Origin: an uncultured Opitutaceae bacterium
Lineage (GTDB): Bacteria; Verrucomicrobiota; Verrucomicrobiia; Opitutales; Opitutaceae
Direction of reading: 5' to 3'
DNA: 64,000 nt
NCBI GenBank assembly: GCA_964547325.1
Contig: CAZJNA010000002.1
Span: forward strand, 6,652 to 70,651
Below the pieces are notes generated by a model. It was not told where the DNA came from. It ran no database searches and saw only the letters and a list, made by a program, of their open reading frames with translations. Shown in pieces: positions 20,516 through 29,640 of this stretch. The translations under genes and the position numbers were made by a program. Numbering within the stretch: position 1 is the stretch's first letter; every line of letters begins with the position of its first letter.

Positions 20516-20893
20516 TCACCAAGTTACGTGACGAATCTCTCGAATGAAGCTGAAATGCCGGTCCCTGCTGAGCACCGGCAAGCGGTATTGGAGGGCCAGA
20601 GCGGCGATCCATATATCGTTTTCGGGGATGGGTGTCCCTCGGGATTTTAGTCCAAAACGAATCGCGGCATAGTGGACTGCGGTTGTGCCGTCCACGGAGA
20701 CGACAGCGAATGCGGTAAGGCTCCTTTGGAGCCAGCCTTCATAGCGACCGTGAAGCTTGGAGCCCAGGATTCCGTACCGAAACTCTCCCAGCACGATGGA
20801 CGGGAGCGACGGCACCGACACCGGCTCCAATTTTGTGGCAACGCCTTCGTCGCCATCTGCGAGCGCCGACAGGGCGTTTGTGTCGAGGATCAT
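20516..20893 (-). CDS. vapC: PIN-domain toxin
   Basis: MILDTNALSALADGD...NDIWIAALALQY are typical PIN acidic residues. There is a 4-bp ATGA overlap with the upstream antitoxin. Confidence 0.85.
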   Translation of the reverse strand: MILDTNALSALADGDEGVATKLEPVSVPSLPSIVLGEFRYGILGSKLHGRYEGWLQRSLTAFAVVSVDGTTAVHYAAIRFGLKSRGTPIPENDIWIAALALQYRLPVLSRDRHFSFIREIRHVTW

Positions 20894-21156
20894 TTCCAGT
20901 CTTCTGGATTCACGCCTGAGAATTCGGAAGCCATGTTGCTGCTGATCCTGGCGGTCTCCTTTCGAAGGGAACGCAGGCCTCCAAAGGCAGCCCTCCATTC
21001 CGGAAGCTCGGTCCGTTGGCCGACGGGGCGATTGAGCTTTTCGACCAACGCTTCGTTTACGACGGTGCGCAGGGTCTTTCCCTGCTTGGCGGCGGAAATC
21101 TTAAGCTGCCTGAAAAGCGGGTCGGGGATCTCGAGGGTTGTCTTCACGAGAGCCAT
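20890..21156 (-). CDS. vapB: VapB-type antitoxin (88 aa)
   Basis: MALVKTTLEIPDPLFRQLKISAAKQGKTLRTVVNEAL is an RHH/antitoxin-like N-terminus. It is translationally coupled to vapC. Confidence 0.7.
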   Translation of the reverse strand: MALVKTTLEIPDPLFRQLKISAAKQGKTLRTVVNEALVEKLNRPVGQRTELPEWRAAFGGLRSLRKETARISSNMASEFSGVNPEDWK

Positions 21157-21204
21157 AAAACCATAAATATGGATAGATTCAACTTTTTAGGCAGAATCGG
21201 GACC

Positions 21205-21930
21205 TCAAAGGAGACCTGCCTCCCTGAAGCTATAATACCCGCGTCCCAATGGATCTGCGCCTCGACGTCCGATGATGACATGATCCAGCAGGGGAATATC
21301 CACCGCAGCCGCCGCTTCACGAAGCTGCCGAGTGAGTTGGATGTCAGCAGCGCTGGGCGATGGATCTCCGGACGGGTGATTGTGCGCGCAGACGATCGCC
21401 GCGGACGATTCCCGGATCGCGGCCCGGAAGACCTCGCGCGGGTGGGCGAGGGCGCTCGTCGCCGTCCCCGACGTTACCTCCACCCGCTTGAGGAGGCGGT
21501 TCTTTCGGTTGAGGCACAGGACCCAGAGCTTCTCAACCTCGAGCCCTGCGGCGAGCGGCTGCAGGTAGGCGGCGATCAGCTCGGTTCGCGCGAGGAGAGG
21601 AGCCTCGCTGCCTGTCTGGCGCAGGGCGCGGCGGGCGACCTCCATGACGGCGACGAGCTGCAGGCCCTTCACCCGGCCGATTCCCTTCAGGCGCCGAAAA
21701 TCCCCCTCCCGCCAGGCGAGGAGGGCGCCGAGCGAGCCGGCTTCCGCGATCAGGCGGCCGGCGAGGGTGATGACGTCCTGGCCGCGGGTGCCGCTTCGCA
21801 GGAGCATGGCGAGGAGCTCCGTATCGCTCAGTGCCCCGGCGCCGAAGGCCTCCATCCGCTCCTGCGGTCTTTCCGCAACCGCGGTTTCCCTCAGGCGGTT
21901 GTCTGTTGGCGCTGCGTGCGGGCTGTTCAT
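21205..21930 (-). CDS. radC: RadC-like JAMM/MPN domain protein
   Basis: LSDTELLAMLLRSGTRG HhH region and the JAMM motif HNHPSGDPSPSAAD. ATG 21930 is preferred over the TTG at 21969. Confidence 0.85.
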   Translation of the reverse strand: MNSPHAAPTDNRLRETAVAERPQERMEAFGAGALSDTELLAMLLRSGTRGQDVITLAGRLIAEAGSLGALLAWREGDFRRLKGIGRVKGLQLVAVMEVARRALRQTGSEAPLLARTELIAAYLQPLAAGLEVEKLWVLCLNRKNRLLKRVEVTSGTATSALAHPREVFRAAIRESSAAIVCAHNHPSGDPSPSAADIQLTRQLREAAAAVDIPLLDHVIIGRRGADPLGRGYYSFREAGLL

Positions 21931-22030
21931 CCGGCGCGCAATCAGGGGCCGCGCCGGACGCCTGCTCAACCCCGGACCCGCACTATTTTCAGCCCGGGAA
22001 AGCTGGGTGTTTCACCCCAGCGCAATCCTG

Positions 22031-23032
22031 CTAGAAGTGCTTCACGTAGCCGTCGCGGCGAAGCCGCTCGAGCCAGTGCTCTTCGCCGGCGTTGGTCATC
22101 TGAGTGACCAGCATCGCCTCGATCTGCGGGCGCACATCCGACAGGGGCTGGATCCCGGCGTACTTCCGATCCTCCGCGAAAAGGACGAAGCAGCCGTCCG
22201 GAGTCACGATCGGATCGGTGGACTGGCCCTTTTTAAGGGCGAAGAGCGGATCGCTGAACTCGGGCTTCAGGTCCCCGCGTTTCTTCCATCCCCAGTCGCC
22301 GCCCTTGCTGCGGTGAAGGTCCTCGCTGAACTGCTTGGCCAGATCCTCGAACTTCTCGCCGGAGCGCAGGCGTCCCATGATCGTCTCGGCCTTGCTCTTC
22401 AGCTGGGAGTCCGTGTCGCCGTTCGAGCGGGTCAGCTCGATCATGCGCATGTGCACCTGGTCCTCCTGGTAGAACTGGTCCTTGTTCTCCTTGTAAAACT
22501 GCTCGATGCGGACCGGGCTGACGACGCTCTGGGACTTGCGCTGCTGCTGGCGCATGTACTGGTAGATGATGTCCTCCTCGACCTCCCTGCGGTAGTCGCG
22601 CAGCGTCTCGCCTTTCGTGCGCAGGTAGGCGAGGAACTTCGAGCGATCGTTGTCGAACTGGTCGTTCAGCCGCTCGGCGATCGAATTGTCCACAAAGCTG
22701 TCCGGGATCCGCCGTTTCTCATCCTTGCGGAACTCCTTGATGATCAAAACGCGGTCAATGAGCTGCTGGATGATGCCGTCCTGGAGGGTCTCGAGTTTCT
22801 GGTTGTACTCGTCCATGTTCCGGGCTTCCCGCTGGAGCTGCTGGACATAGGGAGCGATCTCGCGGCGCACATCGTCCACGGTGATCACCTTTTCCTCGGC
22901 TATTGCGACGATCCCGTCGGCGAACCGAAGATTCATGCCGTCGTCCGGCGGCGTCTGCGCGATCTGGCCCAGCGCGGTTGCCCCCGTCGCGATCAGCGAG
23001 AGGAGGGGAGGAAGGAGCCGGCGGACCGTCAT
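22031..23032 (-). CDS. Parvulin-type peptidyl-prolyl isomerase, SurA/PrsA-like
   Basis: Signal peptide MTVRRLLPPLLSLIATGATALG, a SurA-N-like helical region, and a PpiC domain GGDWGWKKRGDLKPEFSDPLFALKKGQ. Its ATG overlaps the mfd stop (ATGA). Confidence 0.75.
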   Translation of the reverse strand: MTVRRLLPPLLSLIATGATALGQIAQTPPDDGMNLRFADGIVAIAEEKVITVDDVRREIAPYVQQLQREARNMDEYNQKLETLQDGIIQQLIDRVLIIKEFRKDEKRRIPDSFVDNSIAERLNDQFDNDRSKFLAYLRTKGETLRDYRREVEEDIIYQYMRQQQRKSQSVVSPVRIEQFYKENKDQFYQEDQVHMRMIELTRSNGDTDSQLKSKAETIMGRLRSGEKFEDLAKQFSEDLHRSKGGDWGWKKRGDLKPEFSDPLFALKKGQSTDPIVTPDGCFVLFAEDRKYAGIQPLSDVRPQIEAMLVTQMTNAGEEHWLERLRRDGYVKHF

Positions 23033-26000
23033 GGATTGGGCAATTGGTTCAGAAAACGGATGATTTCCCTCAACCGTAGAAGCGCCCGCGGGGCGGTCAA
23101 TCTTGGAAACCGGGCGCCGTTCATCACCCAGTCGTCCCGGCGGCCGCTGTTCCGAAGGCACTTCAGGCGGTTTGACTCGGTTTCGACGGAAACAATGCCC
23201 TTTTGTTCCGCCCTTATCCGGATTTCCGTGGCCAGCAGGAGGGCCCGGACCTCGTCTCCGAAACGGCCGAAGCGGTCGCGGAGGTCCGATTCGATCTGGC
23301 GGAGCGACTCTGCCGAGTCGGCCAGCGCGAGCCGGCGGTAAAAGTCGATCCGCAGGCGGGTCTCGCCAAGGTAGGCTGCCGGCAGGCGGGCCGCGATCTG
23401 CGGTATCGGCACCGACCCCGCGTCCTCGGCGTCCTTGAGGGCCGTGTAGCCGTCCTCGTGGCGCCCCCGGACAGGGCCCCCGTCGGGCGCGCCCTCCCCG
23501 GTCACCAGGAAATCCAGCTTCACGGACGCGCGGACGGCCGCGGCCGTCCGGTCGCCCTTGAGCCTCGCGACCGACTGCCGCAGGAGCTGGCAGTAGAGTT
23601 CGAAACCCACGCCGACGATGTGGCCGCTCTGCTCCGGCCCCAGCAGGTTCCCGGCGCCCCGAAGCTCGAGGTCGCGCATGGCGATCCGGAAGCCGGCGCC
23701 GGGCTGGTTGTGCTGCCGGAGGGCGGCCAGCCGGCGCCGCGCGACGTCGAGGACCTGGGTGTGCCGATGAAGGAGAAGATAGGCATAGGCCTGGTGCTTG
23801 AAGCGGCCCACGCGCCCCCTCAGCTGGTAGAGCTGCGCGAGCCCGAAGCGGTCGGCGCCCTCGATGATGATCGTGTTGCAGTTCGGGATATCCAGGCCGC
23901 TCTCGATGATCGTCGTGCAGACGAGGACGTCGTGCCCGCCCGCCACGAACTCCGTCATCACGCGCTCAAGCGCCTCGGCGCCCATCTGCCCGTGGCCCAC
24001 GCCGACCCGCAGGCCGGGAAGCATCGCCCCCAGCCGGCTGGCGACTCCATTGATCGTGGCAACCCGGTTGTGGAGGTAAAAGACCTGGCCTCCGCGCCGG
24101 ATTTCCTGGCGGATCGCCTCGGTGACGATCTTCTCGTCGTAGGTTTTGACCACCGTCTGGATCGGATGGCGGTTCGCGGGCGCGGTCTCGATCGCGCTCA
24201 GGTCGCGGGCCCCCGTCATCGCGAGGTAGAGGGTGCGGGGGATGGGCGTCGCGCTCATCGAGAGGACGTCGACCGTCTCCCGCATCCGTTTGAGCGCCTC
24301 CTTGTGCTTCACCCCGAACCGCTGCTCCTCGTCGACGACCACGAGCCCGAGGTCGCGGAACCGAACGTCCGCCTGGAGGAGCCTGTGGGTGCCGATCAGG
24401 ATGTCCACGCCTCCCGAGGCAGTCGCTTCGAGAATCCGCTTCTGCTCGGATGCCGTGCGAAAGCGGCTCAGCATCTCGACCGCGACCGGATAGGCCGCCA
24501 TCCGCTCCCGGAAGGTGCCGAGATGCTGCTGCGCGAGGACGGTCGTCGGCACGAGGACGGCCACCTGGCGGCCGCCCTGGACCGCCTTGAAGGCGGCGCG
24601 GACGGCGACCTCGGTCTTGCCGAAGCCCACGTCGCCGCAGAGCAGCCGGTCCATCGGGCGCCTGCGCTCCATGTCCGCCTTGGTATCCTCGATCGCGCGA
24701 AGCTGGTCCGGCGTCTCGGAGAACGCGAAGGACGCTTCGAACTCCTTCTGCCATGCCGAATCCGGCGGGTACGCATGCCCCGGCTGCGCCTCCCGCTTCG
24801 CCTGGATTGCCAGAAGCTCGGCCGCCAGGTCGAGGGTCGCCCGTTCCGCGGCCTGCCTTGCCTTCTCCCAGCGGGCCGTCCCGATGCGGCCGAGCTGGGG
24901 CCTCGTTTTGGCCAGGCCGACATAGCGGCTGATGAGATGGGACTCGGTCAGGGGCACGTGAAGCGTGACCCGGTCGTCGAACTCGAGCGAGATCACCTCC
25001 CTCATCCCCTGGGCCGTCTCGAGCCGGGTCAGCCCGTGGTAGAGCGCGATCCCGTGCTGGAGATGGACGACGAAGTCGCCCTCGACCAATTCCGAAAAGT
25101 CGAGCAGCTGGTCCACCTGGCTCCGCTGCGCGATGCTCCGCGCCCGAAGCCCCGGCCGCCTGGGCCGCTGCCTGCCGAACACCTCGGTTTCGGTGACGAG
25201 GACGAGCCCGCGTGCGCCGGGCGCCAGCGCGGAAGAGGCCGCCGGCAGGCCCGGGATCGCCGGGGAGGCCGCGCGGAACACGATGCGGAATCCCTCGTTC
25301 AGGTTGCCCCGCAGGATACGCGGCTCCGAGGCCCCGAATCCGGGCGCCTCGGAGAGGATCTCCCGGAGGCGCTGCTCCTCGCCCTCCTTCGATGCGACGA
25401 AGACAACCGCATGGCCGGCCTCCTTCCAGGAGGCGATCCGCCCCAGGAAGTCCCGGCGGGACTCCTCCTCCGAGTGCAGGCGATCCTGCGCGAGCAGCGA
25501 GTCGTCCGGATAGCGGCGGTGGTTGGCCAGGCTCTCGGTATCCCAGGTCGCCTCCGCGCCCTCTCCGGCGGGAAAAAGAGAGCTCGCCTCGTCCAGGTCG
25601 GCGAGGGCGATGAGCGCCGCGCACTTTGCGACGAGCGGGGCGACGCCGCCGGAGCCCTCGGGAGCCAGGGTTTCGAACGCGGGCTCCAGGGCCGCCGGCT
25701 CGACCAGGACGAGGCGCGTGTCCCCGGGCAGGTAGTCGGCGAGCCCGGCCCGGGCCGGGGCAAAGGTGACGCGCGGCGATGCCGAGAGCGTGATCGAGGC
25801 CGCCTCCGCGCCCGAACGCTGCGTAACGGGGTCGAAGGCGCGGATCTGCTCGATCTCGTCGCCGAAGAAGTCGAGGCGGTAGGGCTGCGTCGCCGTCACC
25901 GGGTAGACATCGATGATCCCCCCGCGGACCGCGTAATGGCCCGGGGCCTCGCAGATCGCCTCGGCGTCATAGTCGAGCCCGCGGAGCGATTCGAGGAGCT

Positions 26001-26418
26001 CGGGGAAGGGCTGCCTCTGGCCGCGCGCGAGCGTGAGTTCGCGCGCCGCGAACGCCTCGAGGGCAGGCACCGGCTGGAGCAGTGCGGCGGGGGTTGTCAC
26101 GATGAAGAGGGTCGCCGCGGCCCCGTGGGTTGCGCGGAGACGTGAAAGTACGGCCAGCCGGTCGCTCGATGCGGCGAAGGCCTCCCTCATGTCCCGGCTG
26201 TCGGGCACCGACTCCGGGAAAAGGAGCGTCTCCGTCGGAGCCCCGCCCGCCGCGTTCCTGAAAAAGGCGATGTCCTCCGCGAGTCTCTCGGATTCCCGGG
26301 TATCCCCGGCGACGACGAGCCACACCGGCGCGTCGTGGGCGGACGCCAGCTCCGCAATGACGGCGCCGCGGGCCGGCCCGCAGACGCCGGTCAGCTTGAA
26401 TCGGGAGGGCGACGACAT
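23029..26418 (-). CDS. mfd: Transcription-repair coupling factor
   Basis: 1129 aa with superfamily-2 helicase motifs (GDVGFGKTEVA, DEEQRFGV), a UvrB-homology N-terminus and a TRG region. Confidence 0.95.
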   Translation of the reverse strand: MSSPSRFKLTGVCGPARGAVIAELASAHDAPVWLVVAGDTRESERLAEDIAFFRNAAGGAPTETLLFPESVPDSRDMREAFAASSDRLAVLSRLRATHGAAATLFIVTTPAALLQPVPALEAFAARELTLARGQRQPFPELLESLRGLDYDAEAICEAPGHYAVRGGIIDVYPVTATQPYRLDFFGDEIEQIRAFDPVTQRSGAEAASITLSASPRVTFAPARAGLADYLPGDTRLVLVEPAALEPAFETLAPEGSGGVAPLVAKCAALIALADLDEASSLFPAGEGAEATWDTESLANHRRYPDDSLLAQDRLHSEEESRRDFLGRIASWKEAGHAVVFVASKEGEEQRLREILSEAPGFGASEPRILRGNLNEGFRIVFRAASPAIPGLPAASSALAPGARGLVLVTETEVFGRQRPRRPGLRARSIAQRSQVDQLLDFSELVEGDFVVHLQHGIALYHGLTRLETAQGMREVISLEFDDRVTLHVPLTESHLISRYVGLAKTRPQLGRIGTARWEKARQAAERATLDLAAELLAIQAKREAQPGHAYPPDSAWQKEFEASFAFSETPDQLRAIEDTKADMERRRPMDRLLCGDVGFGKTEVAVRAAFKAVQGGRQVAVLVPTTVLAQQHLGTFRERMAAYPVAVEMLSRFRTASEQKRILEATASGGVDILIGTHRLLQADVRFRDLGLVVVDEEQRFGVKHKEALKRMRETVDVLSMSATPIPRTLYLAMTGARDLSAIETAPANRHPIQTVVKTYDEKIVTEAIRQEIRRGGQVFYLHNRVATINGVASRLGAMLPGLRVGVGHGQMGAEALERVMTEFVAGGHDVLVCTTIIESGLDIPNCNTIIIEGADRFGLAQLYQLRGRVGRFKHQAYAYLLLHRHTQVLDVARRRLAALRQHNQPGAGFRIAMRDLELRGAGNLLGPEQSGHIVGVGFELYCQLLRQSVARLKGDRTAAAVRASVKLDFLVTGEGAPDGGPVRGRHEDGYTALKDAEDAGSVPIPQIAARLPAAYLGETRLRIDFYRRLALADSAESLRQIESDLRDRFGRFGDEVRALLLATEIRIRAEQKGIVSVETESNRLKCLRNSGRRDDWVMNGARFPRLTAPRALLRLREIIRFLNQLPNP

Positions 26419-26429
26419 GCCCGCCTACA

Positions 26430-27128
26430 TTATTCCGGCCCCGGCTCTTTTTCCAGCGTCTCGAGCGCCGCCCTTGCCGCCGCTTCCTCGGCGGCCTTCT
26501 TCGACGGGCCGCGCCCGCGACCCAATTCCCGGTCCAGGAGAAGGACGGCGACCTCGTAGGCCCGCGCATGGTCCGCACCCTCGATTCCGACGACGTCGTA
26601 GCGCAGGGCCAGGTTGCCGTATTCGGGCTGCACCTTCTCCTGCAGGCGGCCCTTAGGATTGTCGTCATCGCCGATGTGCGCCAGGCGGGAGCCGAGGTCG
26701 CCGTACCATCCTAGGACCGCGCTTCGGGCCGCCGGCAGGCCGCCGTCGAGATAGATCGCGCCGACCAGGGCCTCGAAGGCGTCTTCCAGCGCCGAAGCCT
26801 TCCGGCGTCCGCCGCCGGCCTCCTCGCTGCTGCCAAGGCGCAGGCATTCGGCGAGCCCGAGCTCGCCCGCGAGCCGGGCGAGAAAGCTTCCGTTGGCGAG
26901 GGCCGCCCGGCGCTTGCTGAGAGGGCCCTCGCGCTCGCCGGGATAGAGGCTGAAGAGTTCCTCGGTCAGGATGAGCTGCAGCACGGCGTCGCCCAGGAAC
27001 TCCAGCCTCTGGTTGCTCTGCCCGATCCCCGGATCGTCCTGGAGCCGGGAGGGGTGGGTGAGCGCGCGCTCGAGGAGACCGGGGTTCTTGAAGACGTGGC
27101 CGAGCCTGGTTTGCAGGGCGCCCAGCAT
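26430..27128 (-). CDS. rnc: Ribonuclease III
   Basis: NQRLEFLGDAVL signature plus a C-terminal dsRBD (GPSKKAAEEAAARAAL). ATG 27128; the track ORF is over-extended. Confidence 0.9.
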   Translation of the reverse strand: MLGALQTRLGHVFKNPGLLERALTHPSRLQDDPGIGQSNQRLEFLGDAVLQLILTEELFSLYPGEREGPLSKRRAALANGSFLARLAGELGLAECLRLGSSEEAGGGRRKASALEDAFEALVGAIYLDGGLPAARSAVLGWYGDLGSRLAHIGDDDNPKGRLQEKVQPEYGNLALRYDVVGIEGADHARAYEVAVLLLDRELGRGRGPSKKAAEEAAARAALETLEKEPGPE

Positions 27129-27145
27129 GGGGATGGGAGAACCGG

Positions 27146-27940
27146 TCACGACGAGGCGCTCGAATAGCTTCTCAGACCCCGGTTGAAGACGAACACGGCG
27201 AGGGCGAGCCACGCCACCGCGGCCGCGACGAGCCACAGGGTCCACGCGGGCTGGAATCCATGCAGGAGCGTCCGCGCGGGGGCGTTTCCGACGACCACCG
27301 CGGGAAGCAGCCACACAAAGACGAGGCTGGCGGCGCCCCGGAAGGCCTCCCGGGGCAGCCGGGAGAATTCCGCGAGCGTGAAATAGGTCCCCTCGATGTT
27401 CTGGGCGCTCTTGAGCCAGAACGACAGGGACATGGTCAGGACGAGGAAGCTGTACTGAACGACCAGCCCGGCCAGGATGAGGATCGCGTACAGCCCGAGG
27501 TCGAGGGCGCTTGGATGCAGGCCCAGCCGGTGCGCCGCATAGGCGACGACGGCGGCGGCGACGAACGAGTTGGCCAGACCGTCCGGGTCCAGTTTCCGGG
27601 TCGATGCCATGAAGAGGGGGTGGCCCGGCTGCGCCAGGAAGAAGTCGAAGGCCCCGCTGCGCACGTTCCGGCCCATCTCGAAGAGGCTGCTCCAGAAGAA
27701 ACCCATCAGCAGGCGCTGGACCAGCATGGCGGTTCCCACGAGCAGCATCATCTCGTACTTCGTCCAGCCTGCGATCGAGGAGGTGTGCCGGTAGATCACC
27801 GAAATCAGGAGGAGGTTCACGCTCATCCAGAAGAGTTCGACCAGGGACCAGACCAGGAAGTCGCCGCGGAACATGAGCGTCCGGACCACGGAATACCGCG
27901 CGGACGCGAGCCAGATTCGAAGGTAGCTCAATAAGGTCAT
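27146..27940 (-). CDS. ABC-2 family (DUF990-like) transporter permease
   Basis: 264 aa, six hydrophobic helices, YSVVRTLMFRGDFLVW N-terminus typical of ABC-2/DUF990 permeases. Confidence 0.65.
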   Translation of the reverse strand: MTLLSYLRIWLASARYSVVRTLMFRGDFLVWSLVELFWMSVNLLLISVIYRHTSSIAGWTKYEMMLLVGTAMLVQRLLMGFFWSSLFEMGRNVRSGAFDFFLAQPGHPLFMASTRKLDPDGLANSFVAAAVVAYAAHRLGLHPSALDLGLYAILILAGLVVQYSFLVLTMSLSFWLKSAQNIEGTYFTLAEFSRLPREAFRGAASLVFVWLLPAVVVGNAPARTLLHGFQPAWTLWLVAAAVAWLALAVFVFNRGLRSYSSASS

Positions 27941-27950
27941 GGGCTCTTCC

Positions 27951-28060
27951 CGTTTCCGCTTTCGGATTTTCCGAATCGAGGGATCGGACGTTCCGCTTTC
28001 CGCTTTCCGCTTTTTCGAATCAACAGGGACATGGACTTAATTTTCCGCTTTCCGCTTTTC
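27951..28060 (+). repeat. TTTCCGC heptamer repeat cluster A (three runs) filling the spacer between the two ABC-2 permease genes
   Basis: Runs at 27951-27965 (CGTTTCCGCTTTCGG), 27991-28015 (TTCCGCTTTCCGCTTTCCGCTTTTT) and 28041-28060 (TTTTCCGCTTTCCGCTTTTC). Confidence 0.85.
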
Positions 28061-28063
28061 ATA

Positions 28064-28861
28064 TCATCCTCCGACGGCTGTGTGCCGGCGCAGCCCGCGC
28101 CGCCACAGGAACTCGGCGATGCCGAGAAGCGCGACCACCCACCCGAGTTCGATGCAGAGCCCGCGGGCGGTCGCCGCAAGACCGATCCGCCCGGTGAAGA
28201 TCGCGGCCGGAAAATACATCTGGTAGTAGAACGGCAGATACTCGGCGACGCGGAGAAGGACGGGAGGCATGAGGTCGAGCGGAAACACCTGCCCTCCGAG
28301 CACGGATTCGACCGCCATGGACAGGATCACGAAGCCCTGGATCTCCAGGAACCAGAAGGTCAGCAGGCCGAAGCAGTAGGCGATCGTGAACTGGATCAGC
28401 GCGGAAAGCGCCAGGGCCGGGGCGCCGAGCGCGAGCCGCCACCCCTCATGCGGCAGGGATAGCCGGCCGTGGAGGAGAGGCAGCGCGAGGGCCAGGGGCA
28501 CGAGGACGAGGCCCCCCGACACGACCCGCGCCGCGGTGAAGATGCTGAACCGATAGGCAAAGTAGTTGATCGGCTTCAGCAGGAACTGGTTGATGAGGCC
28601 GTTCCGGATCTCCTCGCTGATCTGGTAGTCCTCGTTGAAGGCGCCGACAAAGAACTGAAGGACGAGGATGGCGGTGAAGTACGTGAGGGTCTGGTTGAAA
28701 TCGAAGCCCCCGATCCGGGATGCGCCGGCGTAGGCGGCGCCCCAGAGGATGAAGACGAGGACGAGCTGGAACAGCGAGAAGAACCCCCGGACCGCGAAGT
28801 TCCAGCGGTAGACCAGGTTGCTCTGGAGCCCGACCAGGAAGGCTTGCCGGTACTTGTTCAA
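28064..28861 (-). CDS. ABC-2 family (DUF990-like) transporter permease
   Basis: NKYRQAFLVGLQSNLVYRWNFAVRGFF followed by six helices. The likely TTG start at 28861 overlaps the parA stop (TTGA). The track ORF to 29260 runs into parA and is over-extended. Confidence 0.6.
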   Translation of the reverse strand: MNKYRQAFLVGLQSNLVYRWNFAVRGFFSLFQLVLVFILWGAAYAGASRIGGFDFNQTLTYFTAILVLQFFVGAFNEDYQISEEIRNGLINQFLLKPINYFAYRFSIFTAARVVSGGLVLVPLALALPLLHGRLSLPHEGWRLALGAPALALSALIQFTIAYCFGLLTFWFLEIQGFVILSMAVESVLGGQVFPLDLMPPVLLRVAEYLPFYYQMYFPAAIFTGRIGLAATARGLCIELGWVVALLGIAEFLWRRGLRRHTAVGG

Positions 28862-29640
28862 ACGTTCAGGCCGAAGCGCTTGCTGACCTCGACGGCCAGG
28901 CTCCGGTAGGCGGCCGCCCCCGCGCCCGACGGATCGTACGCGAAGATCGTCTGGCCGAAGCTGGGGGCCTCGCTCAGACGCACGGTGCGCGGTATGACCG
29001 TCTCGAAGATCTTGTCGGGAAGGTGCTGTTTCACCTCGTCGACCACCTGCCGCGAAAGGTTGGTTCGCGCGTCGAACATCGTCATCACGACGCCCCCGAG
29101 TTCGAGGGACGCGTTGATCCCCGCGGTCTTGAGCCGCTCGACGTTCCTCAGGATCTGCCCGAGTCCCTCCAGGGCCATGTATTCGCACTGGAGCGTGATG
29201 AGGAGAAAGTCGGCGGCCGCCAGGCTGTTCATCGAAAGCATCCCGAGGGCGGGCGGGCAATCGATGATGATTGCCCGGTAGGATCCGGCCGCGCGCACGG
29301 GCTCCAGGACCCCGCGCAGCTTGAGGAGGTAGTTCTCCATCTGGGCTATCTCGATCTCCGCCGCGGCGAGGTCCTCCTCGCTCGGGATCAGGGACAGGTT
29401 CTCCTGGCCGGTCGGCGCGATCATCGGGAGCGCGGCGCCCTCGCCCCGAAGCGCCGCGTAGAGGCTGCGGCCCTCCTGTTTTTCAACGCCGAGGGCGCTT
29501 GTGGCGTTCGCCTGGGGATCGAGGTCGATCAGGAGGGTGGGGACGCCGAGCGCCGCGAGGGCCGATGAGAGATTGACGGCCGTGGTTGTCTTGCCGACGC
29601 CCCCCTTTTGGTTGGCGATCGTGAAGACGGTGGTCGGCAT
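28858..29640 (-). CDS. parA: ParA/Soj-type partition ATPase
   Basis: MPTTVFTIANQKGGVGKTTTAVNL deviant Walker A and LLIDLDPQANAT. ATG 29640. Confidence 0.9.
   Translation of the reverse strand: MPTTVFTIANQKGGVGKTTTAVNLSSALAALGVPTLLIDLDPQANATSALGVEKQEGRSLYAALRGEGAALPMIAPTGQENLSLIPSEEDLAAAEIEIAQMENYLLKLRGVLEPVRAAGSYRAIIIDCPPALGMLSMNSLAAADFLLITLQCEYMALEGLGQILRNVERLKTAGINASLELGGVVMTMFDARTNLSRQVVDEVKQHLPDKIFETVIPRTVRLSEAPSFGQTIFAYDPSGAGAAAYRSLAVEVSKRFGLNV

Noticed and set aside
23203-26145. 980-aa plus-strand ORF. Similar long ORFs occur at 9765..11111, 18280..20052, 31141..32943, 33102..35277, 38956..40608 and 43631..45280.
   Set aside because: All are antisense or out of frame relative to genes with strong family signatures (mfd, cimA, the TMTC-like gene, ctaD, ctaE/ctaG, ctaB, the actin-like gene). 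All have junk-like Arg/Gly/Asp/Pro composition.
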